In this document: piece after piece, positions 5,972 through 13,779 of the stretch
Position numbering within the stretch: the first letter of the stretch is position 1
Layout: each line of letters opens with the position of its first letter
IMG/VR virus record: IMGVR_UViG_3300005805_000373
Coordinates: 1-27,452 of that record
Direction: 5' to 3' (one strand)
Origin: a virus
Lineage: Duplodnaviria; Caudoviricetes
Length of the DNA: 27,452 bases
Program-made: the position numbers and the translations under genes
Notes under the pieces: model-generated
The model's input: the letters and a program-made list of their open reading frames with translations, nothing else
Database searches by the model: none
Told to the model about the DNA's origin: nothing

Positions 5972-8108
5972 AACCGCTCATGAGAACTTAGAGCGTATCA
6001 AGGATGATATTGGTATGGCTTATAAGTACTTTGAAAAAAACTACAAGCGTTACCACGAATTCCGTAAATACATCTTTAAGGAATCAATCAACGAGCAAAA
6101 ACGCTCTGCTATGATTCAACTACAAAGACCAGTATTAGAATTTAACATTCTGGAAGCTTATATATCAAGATTGCTTGGTGAGTTTGCTCAAAATGAGCCT
6201 AGCATTACTGTTTCACCTGCTGAAGGCGTGCAAATACCCTCAGAAGTGCTCAAAATTACTGAAGACCATATTCGCCACGTAACTTATACAGCCAACAAAG
6301 ACTCATTTGCTTGGGATACTTACAAAGATTTATTATCTGGTGGGTTTAGTGTTGCCAAGGTATGGACGGATTACTCTAGCCCCATGAGCTTTCATCAGCA
6401 AATTTATTTAAGTCGCGTATTTGACCCAACACTTTGTGGATTTGACCCAGCAGCACGTACACCACACAAAGGAGATGGGCAATACTGTTTTGAGCTTTTC
6501 CCAATGACCCTAAAAGATTTTGAACGCGATTATCCAGACGCTGATTTAAAAGGCGTAGATTTTGCTAGAAGCATTGAAGGTTTTAACTGGTCATACGCAA
6601 ACGTGGAAGACAAAAAAATTATTTTAGTCTGTGATTACTTTGAAAAACGCAAATACAAACGAAGAATTGTGCAATTAGCTGACGGTAGAACCATGACCAT
6701 GAAAGATTATGAGCGCATGGCAGAGCACTGGCAAGAGCAGGGTTACATTGAGCAGTTACCAGTTATTGTTGGCAAACCCCGATGGACAATGCTAGAGAAG
6801 ATAGTTCGTTATCGCTTAATTGAAAACCAAGTATTAGAGTTTGAAGAAACCGATTACACCTACTTGCCGTACGTCTTTTTTGATGGGCATTCTATTGTTT
6901 TAACTGAAGGCACTACTAATAACACCTTCCAGATGACAAGACCTTATGTTTACCACGCTAAAGGCATTCAAGATTTAAAAAACTTTGCCGGTATTTCATT
7001 GGCAAACTTCTTGGAAAACCAAATACAGCACAAATTTATTATCAAGAAAGAAGCTATACCCCAAGAAAAAGACTACATTGAGGCATTAAACAACGTGCAA
7101 CGTGCTAATACCGTTGTCGTAAATGCCTATAGTGAAAACGACCCGAACAAACCAATACCAGACCCAATTAGAGAAGTGGTTAACGTTGGTGCTCCGCCAG
7201 AAATTATGGGCGCATTCCAAGTTACTGACCCGACTACACAAACCATTCTAGGTTCGTATGCGTCAAACGTTGGTAAAGATGAGACTAGGATTTCAGGGAA
7301 AGCGGTAATTGAATCCGCTACGCAAGGGAATGCCGCCGCTATGCCTTACATTGTAGGGTATCTGCAAGGCTTAACACAGGTAGGCAACATCATTGTTGAT
7401 TTAATACCTAAGTACTTAGTAGGCAAGCGCACACTGCCTTTGGTAGATAGCGCAGGAGAACAATACTATCAGGATGTCAATATGGAAGGTCAGCCAATAC
7501 TTAACTATGGCGACAGGTCTGTTAAGGTAAACATTGAAGCTGGCGTAAACTTCCAAGTACAAAAGAACCGCGCCTTAGAGCAAATCATTGCCCTGATGAA
7601 CGCCAGCCCACAGTTTGGGCAATTTATTAATAGCCCATCAGGCTTGAAGATTCTTATTAGCAACTTAACCATCTATGGCGCAGATAGACTACAAGAAGCT
7701 GTAGAGCCATTCTTACAAGAGCAAGCTCAGCAACAGCAACAAGCCATGCAAATGCAGCAACAAGCCATGATGCAAAACCCACAGATGATACGCGCACAAG
7801 CTGAGATGATGAAGGTGCAAACACAAGCACAGCAACATCAAATTGAGAATCAGTTTGAAATTGCACGATTAAGCACTGAGAAAGAATTAGCTGACGCAAA
7901 AATACTTGAAGCTGAAGCAAAAGTGTCCCAAGCTCAAATAGACAGCGCGGTACGTCTTGAAGAGTCACAAACTAGCTTGGAAGTACATGCGCTAGAATCA
8001 GCAGCTAAAATGGCTGAAATTAACCAGCGCGCCCAAGCGCATCACATGGACATGCAAAAAGGCATGAAAGAGTTAGTCGGAGAGCAAAGTGCACAGTCTT
8101 CTGAATAA
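5955..8108 (+). CDS. Portal protein, P22-like with C-terminal helical barrel
   Basis: 717 aa directly after terL; 'RPVLEFNIL', 'FDPAAR', 'LPYVFFDG', 'SGKAV' segments and a long Q/A/E-rich coiled-coil tail as in P22-type portals. Confidence 0.9.
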   Translation: MAQVNKTAHENLERIKDDIGMAYKYFEKNYKRYHEFRKYIFKESINEQKRSAMIQLQRPVLEFNILEAYISRLLGEFAQNEPSITVSPAEGVQIPSEVLKITEDHIRHVTYTANKDSFAWDTYKDLLSGGFSVAKVWTDYSSPMSFHQQIYLSRVFDPTLCGFDPAARTPHKGDGQYCFELFPMTLKDFERDYPDADLKGVDFARSIEGFNWSYANVEDKKIILVCDYFEKRKYKRRIVQLADGRTMTMKDYERMAEHWQEQGYIEQLPVIVGKPRWTMLEKIVRYRLIENQVLEFEETDYTYLPYVFFDGHSIVLTEGTTNNTFQMTRPYVYHAKGIQDLKNFAGISLANFLENQIQHKFIIKKEAIPQEKDYIEALNNVQRANTVVVNAYSENDPNKPIPDPIREVVNVGAPPEIMGAFQVTDPTTQTILGSYASNVGKDETRISGKAVIESATQGNAAAMPYIVGYLQGLTQVGNIIVDLIPKYLVGKRTLPLVDSAGEQYYQDVNMEGQPILNYGDRSVKVNIEAGVNFQVQKNRALEQIIALMNASPQFGQFINSPSGLKILISNLTIYGADRLQEAVEPFLQEQAQQQQQAMQMQQQAMMQNPQMIRAQAEMMKVQTQAQQHQIENQFEIARLSTEKELADAKILEAEAKVSQAQIDSAVRLEESQTSLEVHALESAAKMAEINQRAQAHHMDMQKGMKELVGEQSAQSSE

Positions 8109-8448
8109 AATACTCCAAGGCATGTATGGCTACGGTTTAAATCCCAATATTCCTGAAAGAGGTTTTCCTGGAATGGTTAAGCCTGGAAACATTGATATTT
8201 ATAATCGACCTTTAGTGAAAAATCCAAAAGGCGGCATTAGCACCGTTTATTCTATGGGTGTTAATTTAGATGGCAATGAATATTTAATTCCAAGAATAAC
8301 CGATGATGGGAAAATATTATCAGAAAAAGAAGCTATAGAGCACTTTAAAAAAACTGGAAAACATTTTGGAATATTTGAAAGCCCGGAAGCATCAACCGCT
8401 CATGCGAAGTACCTACACAATCAACAAAAATCTTTTTATAATTTATAA
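8089..8448 (+). CDS. Hypothetical protein with 'GNIDxxNRPxVKN...STV...LIP...EAI...TGKHxG' domain
   Basis: GTG with GGAG SD at the end of the portal gene; motif recalled from large phage virion proteins, function unknown. Confidence 0.7.
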   Translation: MHSLLNKILQGMYGYGLNPNIPERGFPGMVKPGNIDIYNRPLVKNPKGGISTVYSMGVNLDGNEYLIPRITDDGKILSEKEAIEHFKKTGKHFGIFESPEASTAHAKYLHNQQKSFYNL

Positions 8449-8457
8449 GGACATAAA

Positions 8458-8631
8458 ATGAGCAAATATAGAATTACTGAACACCATATTACACAACCTG
8501 GCGGCGTAGAAAAAATGAAACGCGATGGTTACACTCGAAGTGAAATTATGCAAACTATGTATAAAGTTACAAGCGGCGCATCTAAGGACGAAAGGAACAA
8601 AATTGTTTCTGACTTATTCAGGAAAGATTGA
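8458..8631 (+). CDS. Small hypothetical protein (57 aa, not in ORF track)
   Basis: TAAGGA SD; MSKYRITEHHITQPGGVEKMKRDGYTRSEIMQTMYKVTSGASKDERNKIVSDLFRKD*; TGATG overlap with the next gene. Confidence 0.8.
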   Translation: MSKYRITEHHITQPGGVEKMKRDGYTRSEIMQTMYKVTSGASKDERNKIVSDLFRKD

Positions 8632-8912
8632 TGAAGACGTTGTTTAAAGATGGCAGCGGAAGCGACATAGTTTTGCCGCGCGTAACAGACGTGCAGCCTG
8701 TTACTAACTGGTGGATATGGAAGCCAAATAACATGTTTGAACGCGCTATAGCGTTTGTAATATTTGATTATTTTGAGCCTGAAATGGAAGTCATTGAGCA
8801 GTCTACAGCTTTGATAGGTGTTTCTGATTTAGGCTTAGCATCAATGGTTGAAATATTAAGCGAAGAGCGTAATTATATATATTCTGAAACTTATCCTGGA
8901 AGCGAATCATGA
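8631..8912 (+). CDS. Acidic hypothetical protein (93 aa)
   Basis: Coupled by TGATG upstream and ATGA downstream. Confidence 0.75.
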   Translation: MKTLFKDGSGSDIVLPRVTDVQPVTNWWIWKPNNMFERAIAFVIFDYFEPEMEVIEQSTALIGVSDLGLASMVEILSEERNYIYSETYPGSES

Positions 8913-9067
8913 AAAAGAAAGCACCCGCAAAATCAGTAAAACACATGGATGTAGCACAAGACAAAAAACTTATTTCTAAGATGATTAAAAAATCTGAAAA
9001 GAAAGACGTTAAAGAAGATAAAGCAATGATGAAGAAAATGGCTAAAGGAAAAAAATCATGCCGCTGA
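8909..9067 (+). CDS. Small Lys-rich protein (52 aa, not in ORF track)
   Basis: [52 protein letters not shown]; ATGA overlap with the previous stop. Confidence 0.8.
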   Translation: MKKKAPAKSVKHMDVAQDKKLISKMIKKSEKKDVKEDKAMMKKMAKGKKSCR

Positions 9068-9195
9068 AATCAGGTAAAAGCCAAAAGGTTATTTCAGAAA
9101 ACATTAAGACTGAAATTTCTTCTGGCAAGCCCCGTAACCAGGCAATTGCTATAGCATTATCAAAAGCGGGTAAAACAAAAAAGAAAAAGAAGTAA
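9058..9195 (+). CDS. Small basic phage protein (45 aa, not in ORF track)
   Basis: AAAGGA SD; [45 protein letters not shown], matching the recurrent phage 'MPLKxGxS...ISENI...QAxAIA' type. Confidence 0.85.
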   Translation: MPLKSGKSQKVISENIKTEISSGKPRNQAIAIALSKAGKTKKKKK

Positions 9196-9237
9196 CATCC
9201 ACTGTTCGAGGTTCGCGAATCACGAACAGTAGATGTT
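9194..9237. repeat. 44-bp imperfect palindrome
   Basis: AACATCCACTGTTCGAGGTTCG / CGAATCACGAACAGTAGATGTT; 19 of 22 arm positions are Watson-Crick complementary. Confidence 0.85.
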
Positions 9238-9387
9238 CAAGTGAAACATTCGCAAGTGCTTGACACAAAATGTTTCTATAGTGAATAATTAGCTTATTAC
9301 GTTCCCAAACGACAACTTGGGCGCTACTATACAGCGTAAAGTATTGGATTACGGTGACACCGACAGAAGTCAAAAAACGAGGGTTTT

Positions 9388-10110
9388 ATGGAAGAAGTAA
9401 AAGATATTGTTGAAAATAATCCTGAAGTACAAGAGCAAGTATCTGCTCCTGTTGACGATGTTCAAGCACCTAGATTTAATCAAATACAGATGAATGATGT
9501 TGTCAAAAGGGAACGAGAACGAGCTTACGAAAAAGGAAGATTAGCAGCTATGCAAGAATTACAAGCGCAACAACAGCAACAGCAGCAACCACAAGGACAA
9601 AGTCTTGGAGGTATGCAGCAGTTTAGCCAAGAAGATATTGAGCGCATGATTCAAGAAAAAGCTACTCAGGCAACACAAGAACACATCCAATCACAATTAG
9701 CAGAACTTAAACAGCAGCAAATGGTTAATAGCTTTGTGCAAAAGATGGAAGTTGCCGAGCAACAATATCCAGGGTTAGAACAAGAGCTTAACCAATTGAA
9801 TTATAACGACCCAAGAATTCATGCTTTTATCGGTATGGTAAATGACTTTGAAAATACTGGCGAAATAATGAAAGAGGTTTTGGATAATCCATACAAATTG
9901 TCACAGATTTTGTCTGATATCCAATCGCAGCCTTATCTTGCACAAAAAAACTTGCAGAAGCTATCAGCAAGTATTAAGCAGAATCAGCAGGCAAAAGCTG
10001 AAGAAGCACAAGCAAGAGACCCATACTCTCAATTAAAGCCTTCGACAAGTGCCGGAATGGATAACGGTAGTATGTCGGTTTCTGATTTTAGAAAGATATT
10101 TAAAGGCTAA
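9388..10110 (+). CDS. Capsid scaffolding protein
   Basis: Between portal and capsid; acidic N-terminus, Q/E-rich coiled coil, short C-terminal amphipathic helix (MSVSDFRKIFKG); GAGGG SD. Confidence 0.8.
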   Translation: MEEVKDIVENNPEVQEQVSAPVDDVQAPRFNQIQMNDVVKRERERAYEKGRLAAMQELQAQQQQQQQPQGQSLGGMQQFSQEDIERMIQEKATQATQEHIQSQLAELKQQQMVNSFVQKMEVAEQQYPGLEQELNQLNYNDPRIHAFIGMVNDFENTGEIMKEVLDNPYKLSQILSDIQSQPYLAQKNLQKLSASIKQNQQAKAEEAQARDPYSQLKPSTSAGMDNGSMSVSDFRKIFKG

Positions 10111-10120
10111 CCGTCTAACG

Positions 10121-10170
10121 TTGTCCTTTCCGGTTGAAAGATGATTCATTATTTTAACCGGAGAGTGCAA
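10121..10170 (+). promoter_or_regulatory. Hairpin enclosing the capsid gene RBS
   Basis: CTTTCCGGTTGAAA pairs with TTTTAACCGGAGAG (including G-U pairs), closed by TTG/CAA; the SD GGAGAG is in the 3' arm. Confidence 0.7.
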
Positions 10171-10172
10171 TT

Positions 10173-11504
10173 ATGCCAGCTACACCAGTCAACGTACTTC
10201 AAACAGTACAAACCTATCAAAAAGCAGAGCTTGCGTGGTTATTGAATAGCTTCGTAGGTATTTCTTTAGCTAATAAAAAGTTTAAAGACTTTAACAAAAC
10301 AGCACCAAGTAACTTAGGTGACACTGTAACCTTTGATACCACCCCAAGATTCATTTCTTATCCTGGTCTTATTATCACTCAACAGCCTTCTGTTCAACGC
10401 GTGCAATCATTAATTTGCTCACAAGCTGCTAACGTGTCACAAGGGTTTACCAACCAGCAATTTGTTTTCAATGTAGAAGAATACATGGACCGCTTTGGTA
10501 TGGCTGCAATGAAAGAGCTAGGAACAAACGTTGAGTCTGACATTCTTAAAAACTTTGTGTCAGGCGTAACTGTAAACGACCCACAATCACCAAACGTAGG
10601 CGTAACTCAGTACAAGTCCGGCCCTTTCCGTTTCTACGGCGATGGAATTACCCCAATTAACAGCTTTACACAATTGGCGCAATCTGTTGCTAACTTCCAA
10701 GATTTTGGTGCAGCTACACATAAAATGTGCGCTATTCTGCCAGTTGCTAACATTCCAGCAATCGTAGGAAGCGGTTTAAACCAATTCGCTATGGACAGAA
10801 ACAATGACTTAGCTACTAGCTGGACTTTAGGTAAGTTTGCTGGCGCTGATTGGTATGAGTCAAACCTATTACCAGTTCACGTATCAGGAAGCATTGCTGA
10901 AGCTGCTGCGCCTGCTAATGTTATGACTGTAGTATCAGTTAACGACCCTACTGGTGCAAACATTATTAGTATTGTTTTTAATGTTGACGCTTCTGTTGGT
11001 AACGATGCTAACGCTGTCAAAGCTGGCGACCTGTTCCAGTTTAACGATGGCGTTGCTGGTAAACCAAACTTAAGATTTTTGACTTTTATCGGTCATCAAC
11101 CTTGCCAACAACCAGTGCAGTTCCGTGCAATTGCTGATGCTGCAAGTTCTGGTAACAGTGTTACTGTGCAATTACAAACCATCAATGATGTTGGTTTAGT
11201 ATCTGCTGGCAATCAAAACCAAAACTTAAATACCCAAATCCAAGCCGGCATGACTGTTACTCCAGTGCCAAGTCATAGAGCAGGTATCTTAATGTCTGGC
11301 GACCAGTTCTACTTAGCTATGCCACGTCTACCAGATGAGTCCCCATATACCACCGTAACCACTGTTGACTCAGATTCTGGCGCATCTATTCGCCATTACT
11401 TTGGTTCTCAGTTCGGTTTAAACAACCGCGCCTATGTTCGTGACGTGATTTACGGATCAACATTAGTTGCAGAAAATAGCTTACGTTATTGCTTCCCATT
11501 GTAA
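10173..11504 (+). CDS. Major capsid protein (P22 coat-like, with insertion domain)
   Basis: 443 aa after scaffold; 'LGDTVTFDTTPRF' E-loop-like motif, 'AMKELGTNVESDI' spine helix, 'VKAGDLFQF' I-domain-like segment, C-terminal 'RDVIYGS'. Confidence 0.88.
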   Translation: MPATPVNVLQTVQTYQKAELAWLLNSFVGISLANKKFKDFNKTAPSNLGDTVTFDTTPRFISYPGLIITQQPSVQRVQSLICSQAANVSQGFTNQQFVFNVEEYMDRFGMAAMKELGTNVESDILKNFVSGVTVNDPQSPNVGVTQYKSGPFRFYGDGITPINSFTQLAQSVANFQDFGAATHKMCAILPVANIPAIVGSGLNQFAMDRNNDLATSWTLGKFAGADWYESNLLPVHVSGSIAEAAAPANVMTVVSVNDPTGANIISIVFNVDASVGNDANAVKAGDLFQFNDGVAGKPNLRFLTFIGHQPCQQPVQFRAIADAASSGNSVTVQLQTINDVGLVSAGNQNQNLNTQIQAGMTVTPVPSHRAGILMSGDQFYLAMPRLPDESPYTTVTTVDSDSGASIRHYFGSQFGLNNRAYVRDVIYGSTLVAENSLRYCFPL

Positions 11505-11566
11505 TAGCTGGCTTTTGAGTGCTTGGCATATTAAACTAAGCTTGTGTACAAAACGGGATTAGAAAT

Positions 11567-12262
11567 ATGTCGAGCATACTCTGTAAGTGCGGTAAAGAAA
11601 AGATATCTACACAAAAAAAAATTTGTGAGGATTGTCGAAAAGAAAAGAAAAGAATTAAAAGCATGCTTGATGCTAGAAAGCATAGAGCAAAACATGGCTC
11701 CAAGGTTAAAAACCGAAGCCCGTTATGCTCAAGATGCAAAGAGCCAAAAGAGCATCAGGAAAGAGGGTATTGTTTAGCTTGTGAACGAGAAAGGTATAAA
11801 GAGAAATCTAAGCCTGATTGTGCAACTTGCGGAAATATCAAAGAAAATCCTAAAGATGCATATTGCAAAGCATGCAAAAGAACAAAGGCGCAAATAAAAA
11901 GCATAGAGGAAGGGAAACGCTATAAACACGCAAGCGGCAGAAATCCAAAATGCATTAGATGCGGACAAATAAAGTTAAACAGCTATGTGTCAGACAGTTT
12001 TTGTAGTAGCTGTCGATACAAATACAAAAAAGCTCGAAGGCCATTTATGACTGAAGAGCAAAAGTTTAAAGAAGCTGTTAGAAAATTAACAAGCTCTAAA
12101 ATTAGGGCTGGGTTGTTAATAAAACAACCTTGTGAAGTTTGTGGTACAGAAGAAAAAATAGAAGCTCATCATGATGACTACATGAAGCCATTAGATGTAA
12201 GATGGTTGTGTAAAAAGCATCATCAGGAGCACCATAAAACTGATGTACAAATAAAGGAATAA
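11567..12262 (+). CDS. Multi-Zn-ribbon protein with C-terminal HNH-like nuclease domain
   Basis: Eight N-terminal CxC/CxxC pairs, then PCEVCG...IEAHHDDYMKPLDVRWLCKKHH; very basic; A-rich codon usage unlike its neighbours. Confidence 0.75.
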   Translation: MSSILCKCGKEKISTQKKICEDCRKEKKRIKSMLDARKHRAKHGSKVKNRSPLCSRCKEPKEHQERGYCLACERERYKEKSKPDCATCGNIKENPKDAYCKACKRTKAQIKSIEEGKRYKHASGRNPKCIRCGQIKLNSYVSDSFCSSCRYKYKKARRPFMTEEQKFKEAVRKLTSSKIRAGLLIKQPCEVCGTEEKIEAHHDDYMKPLDVRWLCKKHHQEHHKTDVQIKE

Positions 12263-12266
12263 TATT

Positions 12267-13019
12267 ATGACTGTTTACAAATCATTTAATCAGGCGCTCT
12301 TCCCTTACGCTTACGGCCTAGGCTTGAGTAACAACGCTTCAACCCCAAACACAAAGCTAGATGTTGCTGCTGGAAGTATCCTAGATTCTTCTAAAACCTT
12401 TCAGATTAACTTAGACGCAAGCGTTACCATTGATGCGTCTGTTAACGGTTTAAATGGCTTAGACACAGGCTCTTTGGCAGCTAGTTCTTTATACTACGTG
12501 TATTTGGTTTCTAGCCCAACAGGTGCTGGCGTGGTCGGCGCAATGGTTTCTTTATCAGCTACCCCATACTTACCTTATGGTTACAGCGCTTATGCTTGTA
12601 TCGGCTATATTGCAACTGGCGCAGGCTCTACCTTCCTAAAAGGCTACTGGACTGATGACAAGTCATCTTTACGTACCTTTATGTATGATGCGCCTCAAGC
12701 TACTGCTGTAACTGCTGGTAATGCTACAAGTTACACCGCAATTGACTTAAGTGCTTTAGTTCCCGCTGTTGCAAGCACGCCAGTGTTTATTGATTCAGCG
12801 TTAACACCTGCTGCTGCAAGTCAAACCTTGAAATTACAGCCAGCAGGCGGAACAGGCGACGCGGTAACAATTACCGGCCAAGTCGCTGCCGTGGTTGTTT
12901 CTAGCCAAAGCTTGGTAATAGCACAATTAGCTTCTGGTGACCCAAAAGTTAGCTACAAAGTAAGCAACGGAGCTGCCGCTGCCGCTATCAATGTAGCTGG
13001 CTACCAATTTGCTATCTAA
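12267..13019 (+). CDS. Virion structural protein (putative head decoration/minor capsid)
   Basis: A/S/T/G/V-rich beta-type composition, codon style like the capsid gene, AAGGA SD, position after capsid. Confidence 0.55.
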   Translation: MTVYKSFNQALFPYAYGLGLSNNASTPNTKLDVAAGSILDSSKTFQINLDASVTIDASVNGLNGLDTGSLAASSLYYVYLVSSPTGAGVVGAMVSLSATPYLPYGYSAYACIGYIATGAGSTFLKGYWTDDKSSLRTFMYDAPQATAVTAGNATSYTAIDLSALVPAVASTPVFIDSALTPAAASQTLKLQPAGGTGDAVTITGQVAAVVVSSQSLVIAQLASGDPKVSYKVSNGAAAAAINVAGYQFAI

Positions 13020-13038
13020 TTAAAAGAGGACAGATACT

Positions 13039-13743
13039 ATGGCTTATACAGCACGGATGTTGATTACTAGGGCGTACTATCTGTCTCAAATAGTTAGTCG
13101 GCAATTACAAACAGTTTCAGGAGAACAAATCGACGATGGTTTGTTCTTGCTGAACGCTTTATTGCAATTTAAAAGCACCGATTTAAGAGAAATACCATAC
13201 TTCAAACGTGACTCGCTAACACTTCAAGCAGGCGTTGAGGAGTACTTTATCGAAAACTTACTTTATGTGGATGCCATGACCTACAACATCGGTGTTGTAC
13301 GTTACCCTATGGCGGAGTTAACCAGAAAGCAATTTTTCGATACAGCAAGGATTGATGACATTCAAGCACTGCCGTTTTCTTACCGCGTAGAAAGAGAGAA
13401 AGGCGGCTCAAGAATATACTTGTATTTTCTGCCACAGGGCAATTACATTCTGAAACTAAGCGGAAAGTTTGGGTTTACGGATGTCACCTTGGATACTGAC
13501 CTAACACTTTACTATGACCCTTTTTACATAGAATTTTTGCGTTATCAGTTGGCCGAATACATTTGCTCTGATTATGGCGCCACTTTTCCAGATGAATCAA
13601 AGGCTAAACTGCGTGAGATGAAAGAAAAGATTCTTGACGTAAGTCCAGCAGATTTGTCTTTGCAAAAGCTTACATTCTTTTCAGGTCAATCACCTTGGGA
13701 CTGGCAAGCCATCAATCTTTCCAAGGGTTGGTTTCCTTTTTAG
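13039..13743 (+). CDS. Head-tail adaptor (P22 gp4 / T7 gp11-like)
   Basis: N-terminal 'TARMLITRAY...DDGLFLLNALL' and C-terminal 'PFYIEFLRYQLAEYICSDYG' helical motifs; position before the tail hub. Confidence 0.75.
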   Translation: MAYTARMLITRAYYLSQIVSRQLQTVSGEQIDDGLFLLNALLQFKSTDLREIPYFKRDSLTLQAGVEEYFIENLLYVDAMTYNIGVVRYPMAELTRKQFFDTARIDDIQALPFSYRVEREKGGSRIYLYFLPQGNYILKLSGKFGFTDVTLDTDLTLYYDPFYIEFLRYQLAEYICSDYGATFPDESKAKLREMKEKILDVSPADLSLQKLTFFSGQSPWDWQAINLSKGWFPF

Positions 13744-13779
13744 TTATTTTGTTAGTTTATTAAACTATATGGGGTGTTT

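Noticed and set aside
5011-7968. Short antisense or out-of-frame ORFs within terL and portal
   Set aside because: Entirely inside well-supported genes; expected by chance.
9149-9373. Minus-strand 74-aa ORF across the palindrome and scaffold leader
   Set aside because: Antisense to the late operon, overlaps the better supported 9058-9195 gene, and has no clear SD.
9290-9375. Possible tRNA in the structured gap
   Set aside because: No acceptor stem, T-loop GTTCRA in correct context or CCA end could be assembled.
7716-9600. CAA/CAG runs in portal (about 7720-7770) and scaffold (about 9568-9590) as microsatellite or phase-variation tracts
   Set aside because: Mixed synonymous codons encoding poly-Gln linkers; in frame and not pure repeats.
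11536-11968. ORFs 11544-11777 (+), 11536-11739 (-) and 11774-11968 (-)
   Set aside because: Overlap the Zn-ribbon/HNH frame, which has coherent repeated Cys motifs.
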